A stretch of 62,247 nucleotides of DNA, filler included, from Choristocarpus tenellus KU-1152 (GCA_964200185.2; 11 parts of 11 records of this genome joined end to end with filler, not necessarily neighbours in it); one strand, 5' to 3'. Counted from the whole stretch's first letter, positions 1-12,646 are shown. Made by a program: numbers and translations. Notes: generated by a model from the letters alone, not told the origin.

Positions 1-1425
1 GTAGCTGTCGCCAGGGGAGAGCAGAATGCAAGAATCACACCGCCCCACCGCTGTCATCCCCACCCGTGTCTGCCCCCCCCCCCCCCCCCCCGCACTCCCT
101 GAGGGAGTCTCACTGTCTAGAGCTGACTCCAAAAGAACTCCTGCGCTTCCCCATCCTTGCCCACGTCTGTGCTGTGAGCTGATTCCTTCCTCTGTTGCGA
201 TGTAGTCTGCAGCATAGCCCTCTTCAGGGATAAAGTCATACGAGTCTAGCAAGAGATGCATCTAGGCCCACACTCCCAAAAAAAATTGGAGGGCGAACAG
301 AGTGGGCGGGTGGATCGAGGGGGATTAAAAGCGGAGGGAGAGACGATCAATGCGGGTGGGGCTTGAGATGGGCGGGGATCTTTTTCTTTTTCAGCACAAC
401 AACAACGTGTCTGTTCACAGCATAGAACTATTTTGTTTTTTTTCAAATGAAACACTGCTGGACGTTACACTACAGCAGATCTACAACATGACCTTAGCAA
501 CAAAAGGAGAATCAAACCTGACCAACGCAGGAGACCTCAGAATATTGGCTACGTTGCCACATTGCACCTCTCGCCTGGTGGCTCTTCTGGTGGGAAGCAG
601 GGTAACACATGAAGTCGATGTACTTGTATAATGAACATACTCCAGAGGCCACACACACACACACACACTAGTATACACAAAACCTCTACCTAGTGAAGCT
701 TCGGCACTCCGAATGGAATTCAGAGGTGGATTCTTCCCCTTACACTCAAGAGCATGTGTACTGTGTTACATGTCAAATTGGCAGCACCTGCTCCAACAAC
801 TATAATAATAAGCAGGACCAACAATGGTATGCAAGATAGATTGGTGCTCGACAATTCACGTAACACAACACTTGAGTTTTCAGCATGTAAAAGCTGTACC
901 ATCAGATGAGAAGGGGAGATTGAACACAAAATAGAGGGTACATGATTGTCCCCCCCTGCCCCCCCCACCCAGCAGCACTCCTCGTTCTCCTCACAATTGG
1001 TATATTCTTGGAATGAAGTGTGCTAACTCTCCCAACTGTAGCTGAAAGGTGCACAGATAATTTCCGTCTTACGCAAGCAAGTCCATCCCTGTCAACACCT
1101 CACCTGGGTGTTGTTCATTAGGTGCATCTCCACAAAGGGTCTTCCCTTGATGGGCAGGCAGCCAATCTTTATTCCAATTGGGTTGAGCACACTAAACAGG
1201 TAGAACTTACGCACAATACGAGGCTTAGTCCCCTCTGGGGCATCAAGAGTGCTGAACTTTACAGTAACCTAGACCATGACATATTATTCAAAAGTGCATG
1301 AGGAAAAAACAAGGTCAGCTATCAAGGGGTGATGCAGATGTATAGGTTTCTGCTGGGGGGCGCGATATTGCTATGCAATAACTCCAAACATGTGGTATCA
1401 GTGTGTATGCGTCCGTGCGTGCGTG

Positions 1426-1470
<45 letters not shown>

Positions 1471-2720
1471 GTGTGTGTGCGTGTGTGCTGGGTATAGCAT
1501 TATACTACTCTTAAAATTATCTCTTCAAAGTTGAAACAACAAAACCCTACCCTTACCACTCCAAGGACAATTATATTTGTATAGAGATGATTCTTCTCCT
1601 TAATCAAGTCTAGGCTCTGCTGCGTTGTGTCCTAAGTGTATCAAGTAACTATATCCAGCACTACGTCATGTTGAGTTCTGAAACAATCAAACACATGCAA
1701 GTATGAAGATCATGCAACAACTTTGGGAATGCAATACACCTTCAATCGATCAAATAATCTAACCACAGCTCACCCTGATCTCCCAAACATTCAACCCTAT
1801 CAACCAATCTAATTGCCGTATGTTACACACGGAGGTACGTCAATAAGCCTCTGCAGAACTCAACATCCATATCTCATTCAAAAACACATTACCAATCCTT
1901 TAACTTCCACCATCAACCCCCCCACCCTATTTCATTGGCTGGTTTTGTGCTGTCATCTTATTTTGCAACCCCTTTAGAGATGGCGGATTCCATATGGGTC
2001 AAAAATGTCTAGTCTCGTTTTTCATTTCAAAACCATTAAGAGTAAAGACTCACTCGCAGAGTATGCTTGCCCAACTCCTTCAACGTGTGTTCTACGATCA
2101 TGTCGAGGTTCTCTGAGGGATGGAGGGCGGCAGTAGGGTTAGCACGAGCAGTACTAGCGCCCCTGGCCATCCGTACATCAACCAGCTCTGCACGGTCTGT
2201 CGGAGACTGAAGCTTTGCTGAGAGGCTTGCATTGATCAAGTCCTTGCTCTGAAGTTGGTTCAAAACGCTGCGGATGACGAATTGAATTGGTGCACGAAGA
2301 AAGTATATCGATAAGAGTAAATAGGAGTTAAATGTGCATGACTACAACTATATAAGAAGTCTCCTACCCATGCTTCATTCTCCCAACAGAAGAGACCCTT
2401 GGCTAACCCTAGGCCGACACAAAGTTGTACGGTTACCTGATATAAGCAGTGAAGGTCTCGCCAAGGTAGATGTTACCGAAGCTCTCTGGGAGCTTGAGGG
2501 TGCTGCTCAGGGCAAAGTCATTTTCCCTTGCAACTAACAATTGCCCTCCTGAGCCAACTGCATCGTTATTGAGGGATGGTGGGGCCGCTTCCGGGCAAGT
2601 GGGAAGAATAGCTTTTGTATGCAGTTTTGGTTTGCAAAGTCTCATGACCCGCACCGTAGGGTCTTCGGACTGGTCACCTGGAGGCGATGGTGCCGCCTTG
2701 GGATCACCATGCTTCGACAT
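1..2720 (-). CDS. TRAPPC13: Trafficking protein particle complex subunit 13 (TRAPPC13/DUF974), 3'-truncated at window edge; exons 2720-2437, 2267-2054, 1268-1104, 261-<1
   Basis: Conserved motifs VRVMRLCKP, LKLPESFGNIYLGETFTAYISV, IVEHTLKELGKHTL, RKFYLFSVLNP. GT-AG junctions give a continuous frame across all four exons. Confidence 0.9.
1428..1487. repeat. (GT)n microsatellite in TRAPPC13 intron
   Basis: Direct reading. Confidence 0.95.
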
Positions 2721-2917
2721 CTAGTTTAGAGTGGATGGAGTTAGTGTGGTTTGTTGCATCTTGGAGAACATTACACCTAAATAACACAGTGTTATGACAT
2801 ATATGAAACACACGATATTACGTTGTGGTAGTAAATACAATATCTACATGTTTTTGTCCAAAGTTGGTATGGGTAAAGGAAAACTTCGAGCGTTTCTTTG
2901 TCGGGGTGCGTTCACAC

Positions 2918-2961
2918 GGATCAAAGTATCTGGGGGTGGGGGGGGGGGGGGGGGGGGAGGG
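2918..2961 (+). mobile_element. Terminus of MITE family B (GGATCAAAGTATCT followed by poly-G) near contig end
   Basis: Same motif at 10550-10571, 11357-11396, 32361-32378 and about 43238-43257. Confidence 0.55.
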
Positions 2962-2977
2962 GGAATCGGTTTGGGTT

Positions 2978-3077
2978 NNNNNNNNNNNNNNNNNNNNNNN
3001 NNNNNNNNNNNNNNNNNNNNNTTAATTAATTAANNNNNNNNNNNNNNNNNNNNNNNNNNNNNNNNNNNNNNNNNNNN
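2978..3077. other. Artificial contig spacer (44N-TTAATTAATTAA-44N); identical spacers at 5981-6080, 10450-10549, 16631-16730, 22535-22634, 25596-25695, 29135-29234, 32379-32478, 36623-36722, 43083-43182
   Basis: Identical 100-bp N-padded linker with stop codons in all six frames, repeated ten times. Confidence 0.98.
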
Positions 3078-3189
3078 GCGGTGGGGGGTGTGCATGTCAC
3101 ACGGGACTGCTATCAATCTTTCAGCAATTTAGCAATTTATTTGTTCAGAGTAATAGTACTTGGTCTAACGTATAGAGTAAGCTTTAAAC

Positions 3190-3311
3190 ATTTTGTAGTG
3201 TGCTTTTAACTCTTTGTAGTGTGCTTTTTAACCTTTTGTAGTGTGCTTTTAACTTTTTGTAGTGTGCTTTTTAACCTTTTGTAGTGTGCTTTTAACTTTT
3301 TGTAGTGTGCT
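3190..3311. repeat. Minisatellite, ~21-bp unit TTTTGTAGTGTGCTTTTAAC x ~6
   Basis: Direct reading. Confidence 0.9.
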
Positions 3312-4544
3312 ACGAAATATGTTCTTCGGTGGAGGCCATGTTTCATGTGTAATGAATCAGGACCATATTTCGTCTGAGAGTATCTGCATCATCGCATGCT
3401 TGGATGCATGGAAGGAGCAGTTACATTTTTGTTTTCCCCATTCAAATGCACTCTTCTGTCCCCACCCCATCTCCAAAATATGCATTTGATAGCATGTGGG
3501 CACTGCATTTGTTAACATCAATAATAGTAACAACGGCTGTTAACATCAATAAAGTAGTAACGGCGTAATTGTTCTGTTGTCTTGCTTGCTGCTGTCGATG
3601 AGTCTCTCCTGCTCAATGAATCATCATTCAAAAATAGGAGGAAAAAGAAATGTTCCAAGATGCCCTAACCCTGTATGTTTCATATTTTGTTCTCTCAACT
3701 TAACACAAACAAAACCCACATTGGAGTATTTTTGTGGGTAAGGTAATCATTTTTTTTTTATGCCCGTGTTCATTTCTGTGAAGTGGGTAGGATGATAAAA
3801 GCTGCAAGATATTGTTACGTAGGCAACCACTTGCTGCAGATATGAAGAATGTTTTTTTTTCTCTCCAATTTGTTTCCTATCTCTACTGTCCAATTAAAGA
3901 GAAGAAAAACATTGTTTTTGTTCTATGTTTTCAACTGGTAGTAAGAATAATAATTGTGTATTCTAACTTACATACACTATGAAAGGCCCTGAAACTGACC
4001 AATAAGGAAGTCCAAATTTGATGACGTGGTTTGTATTCGTGTCCGTTCTCATTTGTATCTTTGTCGTTCAGGGTGTATCCTCCTGGCAACCATTGGTAAA
4101 ACTTCCAATTTCCCGCTATATATATGTATATAATATATATATATAGGTAAAAATAAATAAAATGTTTGGGAAACAAGAACTCAGTGCAAGCACACTATTG
4201 GTCCGATTCTGTTTTCGGTTCTACCCACTTTTTCTTTTTTTTCGTTTTTTGTGCGCTGTTTATTTTATTTTATTTGTGGCAAGTGTTGAACAGCAGTAGG
4301 GATTACAGTACAAACAAACAAACAAAAAATAAAATCCGAAAAGAAGCAGCCTGTACATTCATACATACATACATACATACATACATAGAGGGATTACAAA
4401 GAGATTTGTATCAAAATATATACCTTGGGAGACATTTTTTTTTTGTTTTCTTCATCCCCCGTATGTCACTGAAACTGTGAAATTGACAGATTGTAAGAGT
4501 CAATGATTTTAACCAACTGTTGACACTGTAAATTTGCAATGCAG

Positions 4545-5123
4545 GAGATGAACAGGAGTCGGGGAAAGAGGGACATTGACAAGGGACTGTCCTGGAATAG
4601 TACACAGAGCCGAACCCAAAGTAGCACTGACGCCATTGGTACAGATGGTTTGACTGACAAAGCAGGAGCAGGAGAAATATCCACCAATAGCCACTCTCAG
4701 GGTCGTTCTCGTAGCAGCTCTGGAACAGGGGCTGTAGCTAAAGCAGCAAGGGAAGCAGAAATGGCAACCCATCGCCGCTCTCAGAGCCGCTCCAGCAGCA
4801 GCTCTGGAGTGGCTATGGCAGCGAGGGAGGCAGAGATGAAACGCCTTAGCAGTTCGTGGAGCTACTCTCCATTCAACAATGGGGATGCTGAGGTATTTGC
4901 AGCAGAGAGGACTGCGGTACGGGCTGGGCAAGAGGGGAGGGCAGGGGTGAGGAATCGTGGTGGGGGGAGGGCAAGGATTGGGGCTTGGTCTTGTGACCTG
5001 CAAAAGGCGAAGGGAGAACGTGAGAGAGACTTCTTTGCATGGATGGAAGAAGAGGTGAAGCGCATGGGGGGGGACTTTCAAGCTTTTTCTCATCGGAGGT
5101 ATATGTGTTCAGTAGATGTATAG
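4545..5123 (+). CDS. Probable terminal exon of an unknown Ser/Arg/Gly-rich protein
   Basis: About 190 open codons after a TGCAG acceptor, GC-richer than the flanks, with an internal peptide repeat SQxRSxSSSG...AAREAEM x2. No family recognised. Confidence 0.4.
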   Translation, partial: EMNRSRGKRDIDKGLSWNSTQSRTQSSTDAIGTDGLTDKAGAGEISTNSHSQGRSRSSSGTGAVAKAAREAEMATHRRSQSRSSSSSGVAMAAREAEMKRLSSSWSYSPFNNGDAEVFAAERTAVRAGQEGRAGVRNRGGGRARIGAWSCDLQKAKGERERDFFAWMEEEVKRMGGDFQAFSHRRYMCSVDV

Positions 5124-5881
5124 GGGGGGGTTGCTGGTGGCCTCTTGGTGTCCTTAGCCAAAAGGTGTAAATGGATAATACCAAGACTGTACCTCCTGTT
5201 GTATTGGAAATTTTTGTGCTGGAAGGAATTCTTGGTGGTGGTTTTTGCGGAGGGTGCAAGAGGTTGAATTGACCAGTAGGGAGAGCTAGCTCAGCATGAC
5301 GTTGGGGTATCTTTTGTTGGATGGGATTTTCTTGGTGCAAAGGTGTTATGTGCATGTTTGTGTATAAGGGTGATTGTAGAAGGGTGATGCTGTTATAGTC
5401 GCTTGTATCAAAGGTAATTTCATTAGTGCGCTTGGATAGTTGAATATTTGAAAGGGCCTCTTCGTGAGGGAAAATATGTAAAAGCAATCTTTTTTATGGT
5501 GGAATTTTCTTGAACAATTATTCACATTAATAAAAAAAATCAAAAATTCTGACTTTTCCAATGTTGAATCAAGAGTCACTCGTATCACATTTCAACTATT
5601 TTTTTTTTTGAAAAATACGGAACATATGTCATTTATATGTTCATTTTTTTGGCATGAGATTAATGCCTTTAGGAACAGGCGTTGAACACTCATATGGTCT
5701 TATTGCACCAGTCAAGCTCCCTCACCTATCAGGCATTTTTGAACCTGATCCCAGACCCATCGACAGAATCACGGTTATCATTTCAAGTGCCTAGTCTAAT
5801 CTCAACCCATGCCCATTTGGTGCAGTGATCATTCATGGTTGGTGTATGTGTACACCTGGTGAGGTAGAGTGCTGCACCCCT

Positions 5882-5932
<51 letters not shown>

Positions 5933-6080
5933 ACACCCCAACCCAACCAACAGCACCAACACAAACGACAGCACGACGAANNNNNNNNNNNNNNNNNNNN
6001 NNNNNNNNNNNNNNNNNNNNNNNNTTAATTAATTAANNNNNNNNNNNNNNNNNNNNNNNNNNNNNNNNNNNNNNNNNNNN

Positions 6081-7155
6081 CGTGTCGTCCCCTGTCCAGG
6101 TTGGGGCAGTCACCTCTCACGTGGCCATCTCTGCCACACAAGCAACAAACTGTGCGCCCCTTCCCGCACCCTACTCTGCCTGAATATTTCTTCTTGTACT
6201 AGCAATCAAAGCATGGCTATTACCAGTGGTCTTGCCCATGTTAATCGCCTGCAGGTCTTTAAATCTCGCCACCACCATTTCCTCCACATCCTGCACCGTC
6301 TTGGTCTCCCCGTAGTCTATGAAGCTCTTGACTTGGGAGTAATTCTCCCCCAGCTTGTTGAGGATAGTAGCTACCTTGTCTCCTCTGTGACGACCTCGCC
6401 CATTGACTCCAGTCTCGTAGTTAGTCGCGACAGTTCCGTAAGACCTGGAGATGGGTCCTTCCTGTCATCAAACGTCAGATAATCAAGCTCCTAGCATACA
6501 CGCCTGGCCTCCTGACGGGTCTTTGGCATAAACGCCGCATCAAGGGCGCGCCACCCTTCGCTCGGAGACCCAGGTGAGATAAATATATGCAGGGCTCGGT
6601 CTTGTAGCATTAACAGCATCAGTTGCCATGCCTTCCTCGCCCGTTTGGTTGCCAGTTGGAGCTCCGTGTTGTTGCCCGTATCAGGAACAGGTACTGTTGG
6701 AGGTCGTTCCACGTCTTCGTTTTCATCACTTTGCGAATTTAACGATTCGGTGTCCACTGCCCAGATGGGTCCCCCGCAGACGATATCAGGTCCGCGAAGA
6801 GCTGTCACACAGTCATGAACGCCGAGCGTAGCCTGAGCCCTCACAGCAAAGGAGTAGAAGTCTTCGCCCAGCTATTCCTATTCCTGAGACGTTGTGCGAA
6901 GCGACAAGACTGATAGTGAGCATTGTGTACAAGACATCTGCCATGAATGCTGCCAAGATCACATCACTCCCCACGTTTGCCGGAAAGCTGGGCAAAAACT
7001 TCTACTCCTTTGCTGTGAGGGCCCGACATGTGCATCCTGCCAGTTCACAGTGTATGTGGGCAAGGTTGGAGTCGGGCCCTCACAGCAAAGGAGTAGAAGT
7101 TTTCGCCCAGCTTTCCGGCAAACGTGGGAAGTGATGTGATCTTGGCAGCATTCAT
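6081..7155 (-). mobile_element. Decayed Ty1/Copia gag fragment (element 1), rearranged by an inverted duplication
   Basis: MNAAKITSLPTFAGKLGENFYSFAVRA joins QATLGVHDC...KAWQLMLLML...SPSEGWRALDAAFMPKT, resembling Copia gag (Retrotran_gag_2-type). In-frame stops follow. Confidence 0.6.
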
Positions 7156-7219
7156 GGCAGATGTCTTTTACACAATGCTCACTGTCAGTCTTGTCACTTC
7201 GCACAATGTCCCAGGAATA
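6879..7219. repeat. Long inverted repeat, 149-bp arms (6879-7027 / 7071-7219), 43-bp spacer
   Basis: Arms are near-perfect reverse complements; the ORF track shows the same peptide on both strands. Confidence 0.95.
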
Positions 7220-7649
7220 TTCTGTCCGCTACGTAGCGTGTTGAACTATCCCACACTGGACCCGCAGCTTTTATGGTGCTTTAAAGAAGGACAAAGCTTG
7301 ATATGGATGAACAAAGTTAGTATTACAAGGGCCTTTGTGGTCTCAATTCCTCTGACGGAGCATGTGGAAGAGACTAGCCTAAACTACCATATTATTATTC
7401 TACAGTGTGAGGTTTTAAATATTGTCTGGATTTATTAAATGATGCCATTGTTATATTGGGTTGATTAGCATTACCCAGAATAACAATTGAGAGGTTTAGT
7501 GGATNNNNNNNNNATCGTCCACACTAATTTACTATGAATCACTTATTTTCTTGTCTTAAATATAGGAAGTGTATCTCGAACATGATATATAACCAATCAA
7601 CACTATGAGTCAGTACATACAGTATATCTGTCACTGGCTCTCCATCCCA

Positions 7650-9834
7650 TTATCTAATCCACCGGTAGTGTCTACGTGTATCAGCAGCACTATCTACGAA
7701 CAACAAGTCGCCCTGGATTATCATGGTGTATTGTTTACTGCCGATTGAAAGATTATCCCTCTTCGCACTTAGATCGACAAAAATCCGACCCGACTTTCTC
7801 ACTACCCTTGTAGACGTGCTGGACAGGACGCTCTTCCGTATGCCCTTGCTCATAGCAGTCCGCACATGGCTCCAGCTCACCCACCAATGCAATGTCCATT
7901 GAAGTGGGGGGGGACTTGAGCAATGCCTCGTGTACGTGACCATAAGAGCGATGAAAGAGGTTAATGTCGACGTCGGTGTGGGGAGTGTGAGGTGCAAACG
8001 AGGGGGCTATGGTGGCCTTCAAATCAACTTCAGCATTTCGACCTGGTCGCGGCAATATGTGTTGACCATGGAGGGTATAATGACAACCATAATCTCTTGT
8101 GAAGATACGTTTGCCATCAAGTAACGAAAATGTACTAGCTGTGCCAGTGCATTTCACACCCATATCTGCTGCTGCTTGGCAAGAAAAAGGTTGAATTCAA
8201 GATTTGGCACATGTGCGACATTATGAAGGAGTATTTCTACTTCCTTGCTGTCACGCGAGGGAAACAAGATGGTTAGATCACTATGACCGGCAATACGAAC
8301 GGAATTCTGACTGGCAGCGACTACCCTTCCATCTACTACACAGGGCTTGTAGCTAGTCATGCATGCTAAAATGTTTGTCATGTGACAAGTAGTCACACTG
8401 TCAAAAATCCACTCTTCTCTTTCGCAGCCAACCCCAACACTTGACACCAAACATTCATTTTCCCCACATTTGCCTTGAGCATTGCTGCTCGGAGAGTCAT
8501 CAGTGGCGGCCAGTAGTGCGTGCCGCTCATTGTCGTTGCTGCTGGTCGCACTTTCCACAGTAATGTGAAAAGGTTTCGCCTCAATCTCGTTCTTTGCTTT
8601 CCCAGACTCCATCGTAGTCATGAACACTGAAGTACATGTTGTAGCATCATGGGCACGTCCATCACACTTGGTGCAAATGCGGCTTGGGCAAGGTCTCTTC
8701 TCGTGTCCGTTCTTACCACACCTCTCACAAGGAATCTTCGCGGAACTTTTAGGGTTGGTGGTACAAGAACCATATTTCTTTCTTCCATTATGAAATTTAC
8801 GTTCCACCCCATGACCTTGGCTGTTACAATGATGAGACTGACCATTCCTCAGTGATGAACTGCTAATAACCAAATCTTGACTGTTCTTGTGTCTTGACTG
8901 CTTCCCCTTATGAAGGGAAGCATATCGCTCTTGGACTGCCTTCTCTATGTCTGCTCGACACAGTATCCTCTGTGGGGCCATCATGTGTGTCTCGGTATCG
9001 TAATCTGATCCGAGTGCACTGAGGAACTGTAGGAGCAGTAGCTTGTCCGAGATGATAAGGTCCATCGATAGCATCCTCCCCCATAGATCCTCCGATGGGG
9101 TTAAGGTCTCAGGAGTGTATTCGCCCCCTTCTCCGCCTTCAAAGAGAAAACTCACGGAACAAATGTTGGCTATTACCCACTGTATTAGGCATGAACCAAT
9201 CATCTACTGCTCGGAAAAGCTCGCTCGGGCTTTGTTGCGTACAGCACAGAGCGCTGGTGATGGGTGCAACAGGAGCAACAGTAAGTGCATAGTAAGCCTC
9301 TTCGGCCATCCAGATATCATTCGCACTGAACCCATCCAAGAGAGAAGTTCTTGGTTAACTGATCTTTCACTGGTCAACGCACCCAGGCAGTGGGTATATT
9401 GACAATGCACGATGAAACCCCTCCGCCAGTCCCAGTAGTCCGAGTCATCCAATATTTTTGGTGGCTGAGCCCTTGACCTCTTAGGGTGAACAATATGTGC
9501 GCCTAGCCCCAAACTTATCGAAGAACCAGACCTCTGGCTCACCTCACTTCTGACGCTCACAGCATCCGAACTTCTTCCCCTCTCTGGGAAATTTTCCCTC
9601 AACATGGGTTCCACAGGACCCACTTCGACTGGTACATGCCCAGTCGGAGGCCATGTGCTGGGCACACAGCAGCCTGGATGACGGGATGATTTCCGTTGAC
9701 AATTTGTCAGACTGCAACATGAGATTGCCAACGTTTTTTGAGAGATCCTCTATCGTCGCCATAAGCTGCCGGAATTCTTGAACAGATGGGCCCTTGGCAG
9801 GAACAGGTAGAATCTCATCTCCATGTGAAGACAT
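7650..9834 (-). mobile_element. Decayed Ty1/Copia gag-pol (element 2): gag, two CCHC knuckles, protease, GAG-pre-integrase, start of integrase
   Basis: PPKILDDSDYWDWRRGF (gag), CERCGKNGHEKRPC and CTKCDGRAHDATTC, EWIFDSVTTCHMTN (Copia protease WIxDSGAxxHM), VAHVPNLEFNLF, HRSYGH...CADC, RIFVDLS. Order PR then IN is Copia-type. Multiple frameshifts. Confidence 0.9.
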
Positions 9835-10232
9835 GATGAAATGATGGGTTAGAAACCTGAGGTCCAATATATTGTATTGAAGTATCGCCCAAGTCATCAA
9901 AAATAATGAAGGTGATAAACCCAACGAGATTGCTTGATGTCTGTAAAGTAACCGATTTACGTTAAGTGGGGCATGCAGCACTCCATAAAATCAGAAACAT
10001 TTCCTTTTATGTGAGAAATGTTCTCATATAACTAATCACTGATAAAAGGTTCTGATCATAATTAATCACTAATGATTGTTCTCTCACTCCATATACATTT
10101 AACCAGAACTGTCCGATAGGGTTGGAAGAGTCTAATCGAACAATAGACACTACCAGTGGAATAGATTAGTGAGGTAGAGCCAGATATGTGTTTCCATATA
10201 TTTTCGGTTGAGCTCTAACCCTCGTTCATGTA

Positions 10233-10449
10233 CAGTAGGTTACCCTATTTTGGACCAAATATTATGAACCAAATTCAAAATATTCAATTTTGTACTGCTT
10301 TTTTTCGACATGCCGCCCAAAATAGGCTTTTGTACCGGAATTCTCGTATTCGGGCGATTTGGCACAAAATCCCAGAGATATTCACGCGAGAGTGACTCGC
10401 GCGAAAAAAATTGTCGCGAAAAGTGCCCTTCTTCCTGAGTCATGCCACC
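10233..10449 (+). mobile_element. Possible Tc1/mariner-type transposon end (TA|CAGTAGG...) running into contig end
   Basis: TA-CAGT start and a CpG-rich subterminal region with palindrome CGCGAGAGTGACTCGCG. The other end is not present. Confidence 0.3.
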
Positions 10450-10549
10450 NNNNNNNNNNNNNNNNNNNNNNNNNNNNNNNNNNNNNNNNNNNNTTAATTA
10501 ATTAANNNNNNNNNNNNNNNNNNNNNNNNNNNNNNNNNNNNNNNNNNNN

Positions 10550-10571
10550 CCCCCCCAAGATACTTTGACCC
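10550..10571 (-). mobile_element. Terminus of MITE family B at contig start
   Basis: CCCCCCCAAGATACTTTGACCC followed by AAT. Confidence 0.55.
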
Positions 10572-11570
10572 AATGAGTCTAGATTGGCAGACAAGAGAGA
10601 GAGAAAGAACCACCCGTAACCTAGACATGCGCTACCAACAGGAATTGCATCAAAACCATGGATCACATTCACAAAAAGCTTGGAGATCCAGTCCGGTTTT
10701 TTAAGGGGTAACGGCAGATAGCTCGGCCCTCACCAAGTCTAATAATCCTGTTTTTTTCGTTGATGCTCTAACTAAGGCTCTCGGGAGAGTTTAAGGAGGA
10801 ATGTGGGCCTTACCCAAGGATCGGTTCAGGAACCATCAAGGATCACGCCCACAAAATGATAACCTATCACCTTTCCGCATTGAGCTCCTCGAACAACTCT
10901 TGTCTGACTCTCCTAGGACACACAACGATCTTCTGAGCGACTCGTCTACAATCGAGGTCCTGAGCGTCACAGGGCAGCTCCTACAGGTTCCTTGAGAAGA
11001 CATAACGGCAACTGCGTGGGTTCGCATTTTGAGTGTACCCCTTTCATGTAGCCAGTCGAAAAACGCAGTGAAGGCTGTCATGAGTTATTTGACGACGGAG
11101 AAAGGAGAGTTGTGGAAGGCTGTGGCCAATTGCCTAGTTTTGCATTACCAAGCATACACCGTGGATTCGCGGAGGCCTTGTATATGTGAAGCTCCTTTCT
11201 TTTAGAGATACTGTACATAGGTGAAGATCAACTCATTGATTTATGTGAACGAGCCCTTCCTATTTTCCTCCCTAATGTTAGAGATCAAGTCGGAGTTCAG
11301 AGTATAACATCTTCATTTCGCAAAGAAATCAGAAGTCAAATTCGCCCACTAGCAATGGGTCAGACGCCGACACCCCCCCCCCAGATACTTTGACCCAATT
11401 TCACAGAATAATACTTTGGGGAACGAATTGGTGAACCCCAGAATCAAGACAGAACGGACGGATATTTGATTATCTCATATGGTGTTGGCAATCGCCTCTA
11501 GGATAAGATCGGCTTTGATTAATTTCGAGGTGATGTAAGGCGTCCTGATCGGTGATCAGCATATCAAATT
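10572..11570 (-). pseudogene. Decayed coding-like segment of an unidentified (probably mobile) element
   Basis: Long frame with scattered stops (INELIFTYVQYL*KKGASHIQGLRESTVYAW...). Shares a ~90-bp segment in inverted orientation with 12647-12734. Confidence 0.35.
11357..11396. mobile_element. 40-bp mini-element of MITE family B with AAT target-site duplication
   Basis: AAT|GGGTCAGA...CCCCCCCCCCAGATACTTTGACCC|AAT. Confidence 0.65.
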
Positions 11571-12646
11571 AAAGCTGAGACCAAATGCTGTCGATTGGCG
11601 CAAAGAAATCCAGTCACAGATTACTTTGTGTTGAGTTAGGAAATGCCGAAAGGTTAGGTTGAATTGCCAAAAACGAAAATCGCTGAAAATCATAAAGTCG
11701 TATCAATAGGTTATCCCTCTGGCGCAATCTTGCTTTTATTCACTGTATTGCCACAAGAAGTACACAACAATATAAATATCAAATGAAAGCTTATTACAGG
11801 ATGTGTTGAACATTTGTATGCAGGAATGTACTAACTCCAGTGAACGGGAATTATGCCCGAAAAAAAAGAAAGATTTGCAGACTTTGCAAGTCAAGCCTAG
11901 TCATAACAGATGCCCACACATCAAACTACCAACTGATCTTTTTAGCGTCAAGAGAGCACACACACACGTGACCCACACAGCAACTAGAACCACAACGGTG
12001 AGACAAGGAAGCCGCCGAGGCCACTCTGCCCCCTGGATCTACCCTCGGCACCTTCTCTGTCGAGAGGTGACAAAAAAAAGTACAGTGTGACATTATTATT
12101 CAGTGCGATGTTAGGTGATGAGAACGTGTGTGACTGTGGCGCAGCATCATGATCAAATCGCGCAATGGACCACGCAGCCGCGACACTGACGCTGAGAGAA
12201 GATGCATGGAAAGCATTACCACACAAGCGTGGTTGGATCTTCAACCACGTCAGAGCACTGATCTGTAGTCTCTGCTGCCTCAGAAAAGCAGGAAGAGAGC
12301 GGCGAGTTCATCACCAGGTGGTATGTAATGGCAGTCACGAAATAAATAATGATCAATGTACAACTGTCATCTTCTGCTGATAAGAAGAAAGAGTGAAAAA
12401 CAAACAACAGAAGAATAGAACAAAATTGAAGCAATATGTGATGCAACTAAGTGACGTACACTATACAATACTACTATTTGTGTGGAACGCAGTGCGACTG
12501 TTCTTTACTAAGGTGTTCTAATTGTAGTTGACGTGGTGATGACGAACTAGTGAAAGTAACGTCCAAAACGTAAAAGACCAATCAACAGTCAGTGTTGACT
12601 GGTGGAACTGTATCGTATCAAGAAACAAACAGATGAGTAGCCTATG

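Noticed and set aside
73-91. Poly-C run as a frameshift in TRAPPC13
   Set aside because: The frame stays open through it (Gly run) to LLSPGDSY.
7255-7272. Possible Copia primer-binding site
   Set aside because: Only 9 of 14 positions match the GGTTATGGGCCCAG-type PBS and no LTR pair could be delimited.
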